A stretch of 64,000 nt of DNA, taken from NCBI GenBank assembly GCA_964270895.1, contig OZ185445.1, one strand, 5' to 3'. The position numbers and the translations under genes were made by a program. The stretch comes from Podarcis filfolensis (taxonomy: Eukaryota). Under the pieces are notes generated by a model that saw nothing but the letters and a program-made list of their open reading frames with translations, had not been told where the DNA came from and did no database searches. This document shows positions 63,163 through 64,000 of this stretch, piece by piece. Every line of letters begins with the position of its first letter. Positions within the stretch are counted from its first letter, which is position 1.

Positions 63163-64000
63163 ATCAGTAACACCAAGTGCCATGAAACAGTTGTCAAAGA
63201 TGAAATATATGTTTTCATGGAAGGGACAGAATGGTCTTAATGGAGAAACCTTTTAAAAAAAGTCAGGTAGGGACATTTCTCTTCTTAGTAAGGATTTTAA
63301 AAAACACAGCAAGGAATATGTCCATGTTCAGATGCTTTACATACATGACTTAGAAATTAATGAACGCACAACTTATGGAATTTGTGTCATTCTAGCATGA
63401 AGGAAACTTTCTTTTCCATCACTCAGTTTTTGCTACTACTGTTCTGTTAACCTAAATACATAGCTTTAAATGCTCTAATTCAAACTCACAGGTGCATAAC
63501 CCATGCAGATGCACAAATTATGCAAGCTGAAAACAGGAAATGTTTCACGTCATTGAAAAGTATGATATAAATTATGTGCTAAATATTTTTCTTAGGAGAA
63601 AATATATCTTGCAGGAAAAACTGCTAGAAATACAATTCAGATTAGTCTAATGGGCAAAATATTTGCATTCAATTTGATTTAGATGTTGGCTGAAGAGAAA
63701 TAATTGGAAAGAGAATGTTCTTTCTGTTGGCAAGATTTTCCACTGCTCTTTCTCATCTTATGATGCCAAATTACATGTTTTCCTCTATGCAGTGGCGCAA
63801 CACGGACAAGTTGCTAGGGTGCCAAAAGCCTCCAAATGTAAATTTTGAATACATTATCTGTGATAAAACATTTTATGTACTGTATATTCTTTAGTAAAAG
63901 AGATATTGAACACATTATGAAGCTTTTTTTTCCTTTAAAAAAATAACTGTTTAAATGGTTTGTTCAAGCAGGATTATTCTTCTCACACAGAAGTTTGTGT

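Larger units (their letters stand above)
32897..64000 (-). other. FAM172A: FAM172A last intron (continues beyond the window)
   Basis: No exon encoding the expected upstream peptide (...NWVSS...CPRVSAG) was found on the minus strand. Confidence 0.7.

Noticed and set aside
63790-63850. Third copy of the CAGTGGCG hAT family
   Set aside because: Only 8 bp match the TIR, and no partner TIR or TSD is present in the window

Overview
Vertebrate (squamate reptile, probably a lacertid lizard judging by the SINE families) genomic DNA covering the convergent NR2F1 / FAM172A (ARB2A) 3' ends. It contains the last coding exon and 3'UTR of NR2F1 (COUP-TFI; + strand, CDS 1062-1342) and the last coding exon and about 2.8-kb 3'UTR of FAM172A (- strand, CDS 32754-32896). 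The rest of the window (about 31 kb) lies in the last FAM172A intron; I could not find the next exon. The window splits into two compositional domains. Positions 1 to about 33.3 kb are GC/CpG-rich, rich in (GA)n tracts and almost free of transposons, with several candidate conserved non-coding elements. Positions about 33.4-64 kb are AT-rich and CpG-poor and carry a nearly intact DD34E Tc1 element interrupted by a SINE, several hAT MITEs with 8-bp TSDs, tRNA-derived SINEs and CR1 fragments. There are three N gaps. I found no convincing new protein-coding system. The most interesting leads are a sequence orthologous to the human mir-2277 locus in the FAM172A 3'UTR, a young hAT MITE family in two size classes, a Tc1 with one collapsed IR/DR end, a branch point about 97 nt from the NR2F1 exon 3 acceptor with a microsatellite in between, and an HEEL>YEEL change at the FAM172A C-terminus. 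Comparisons to human genes and repeat consensus sequences are from memory and need database confirmation.
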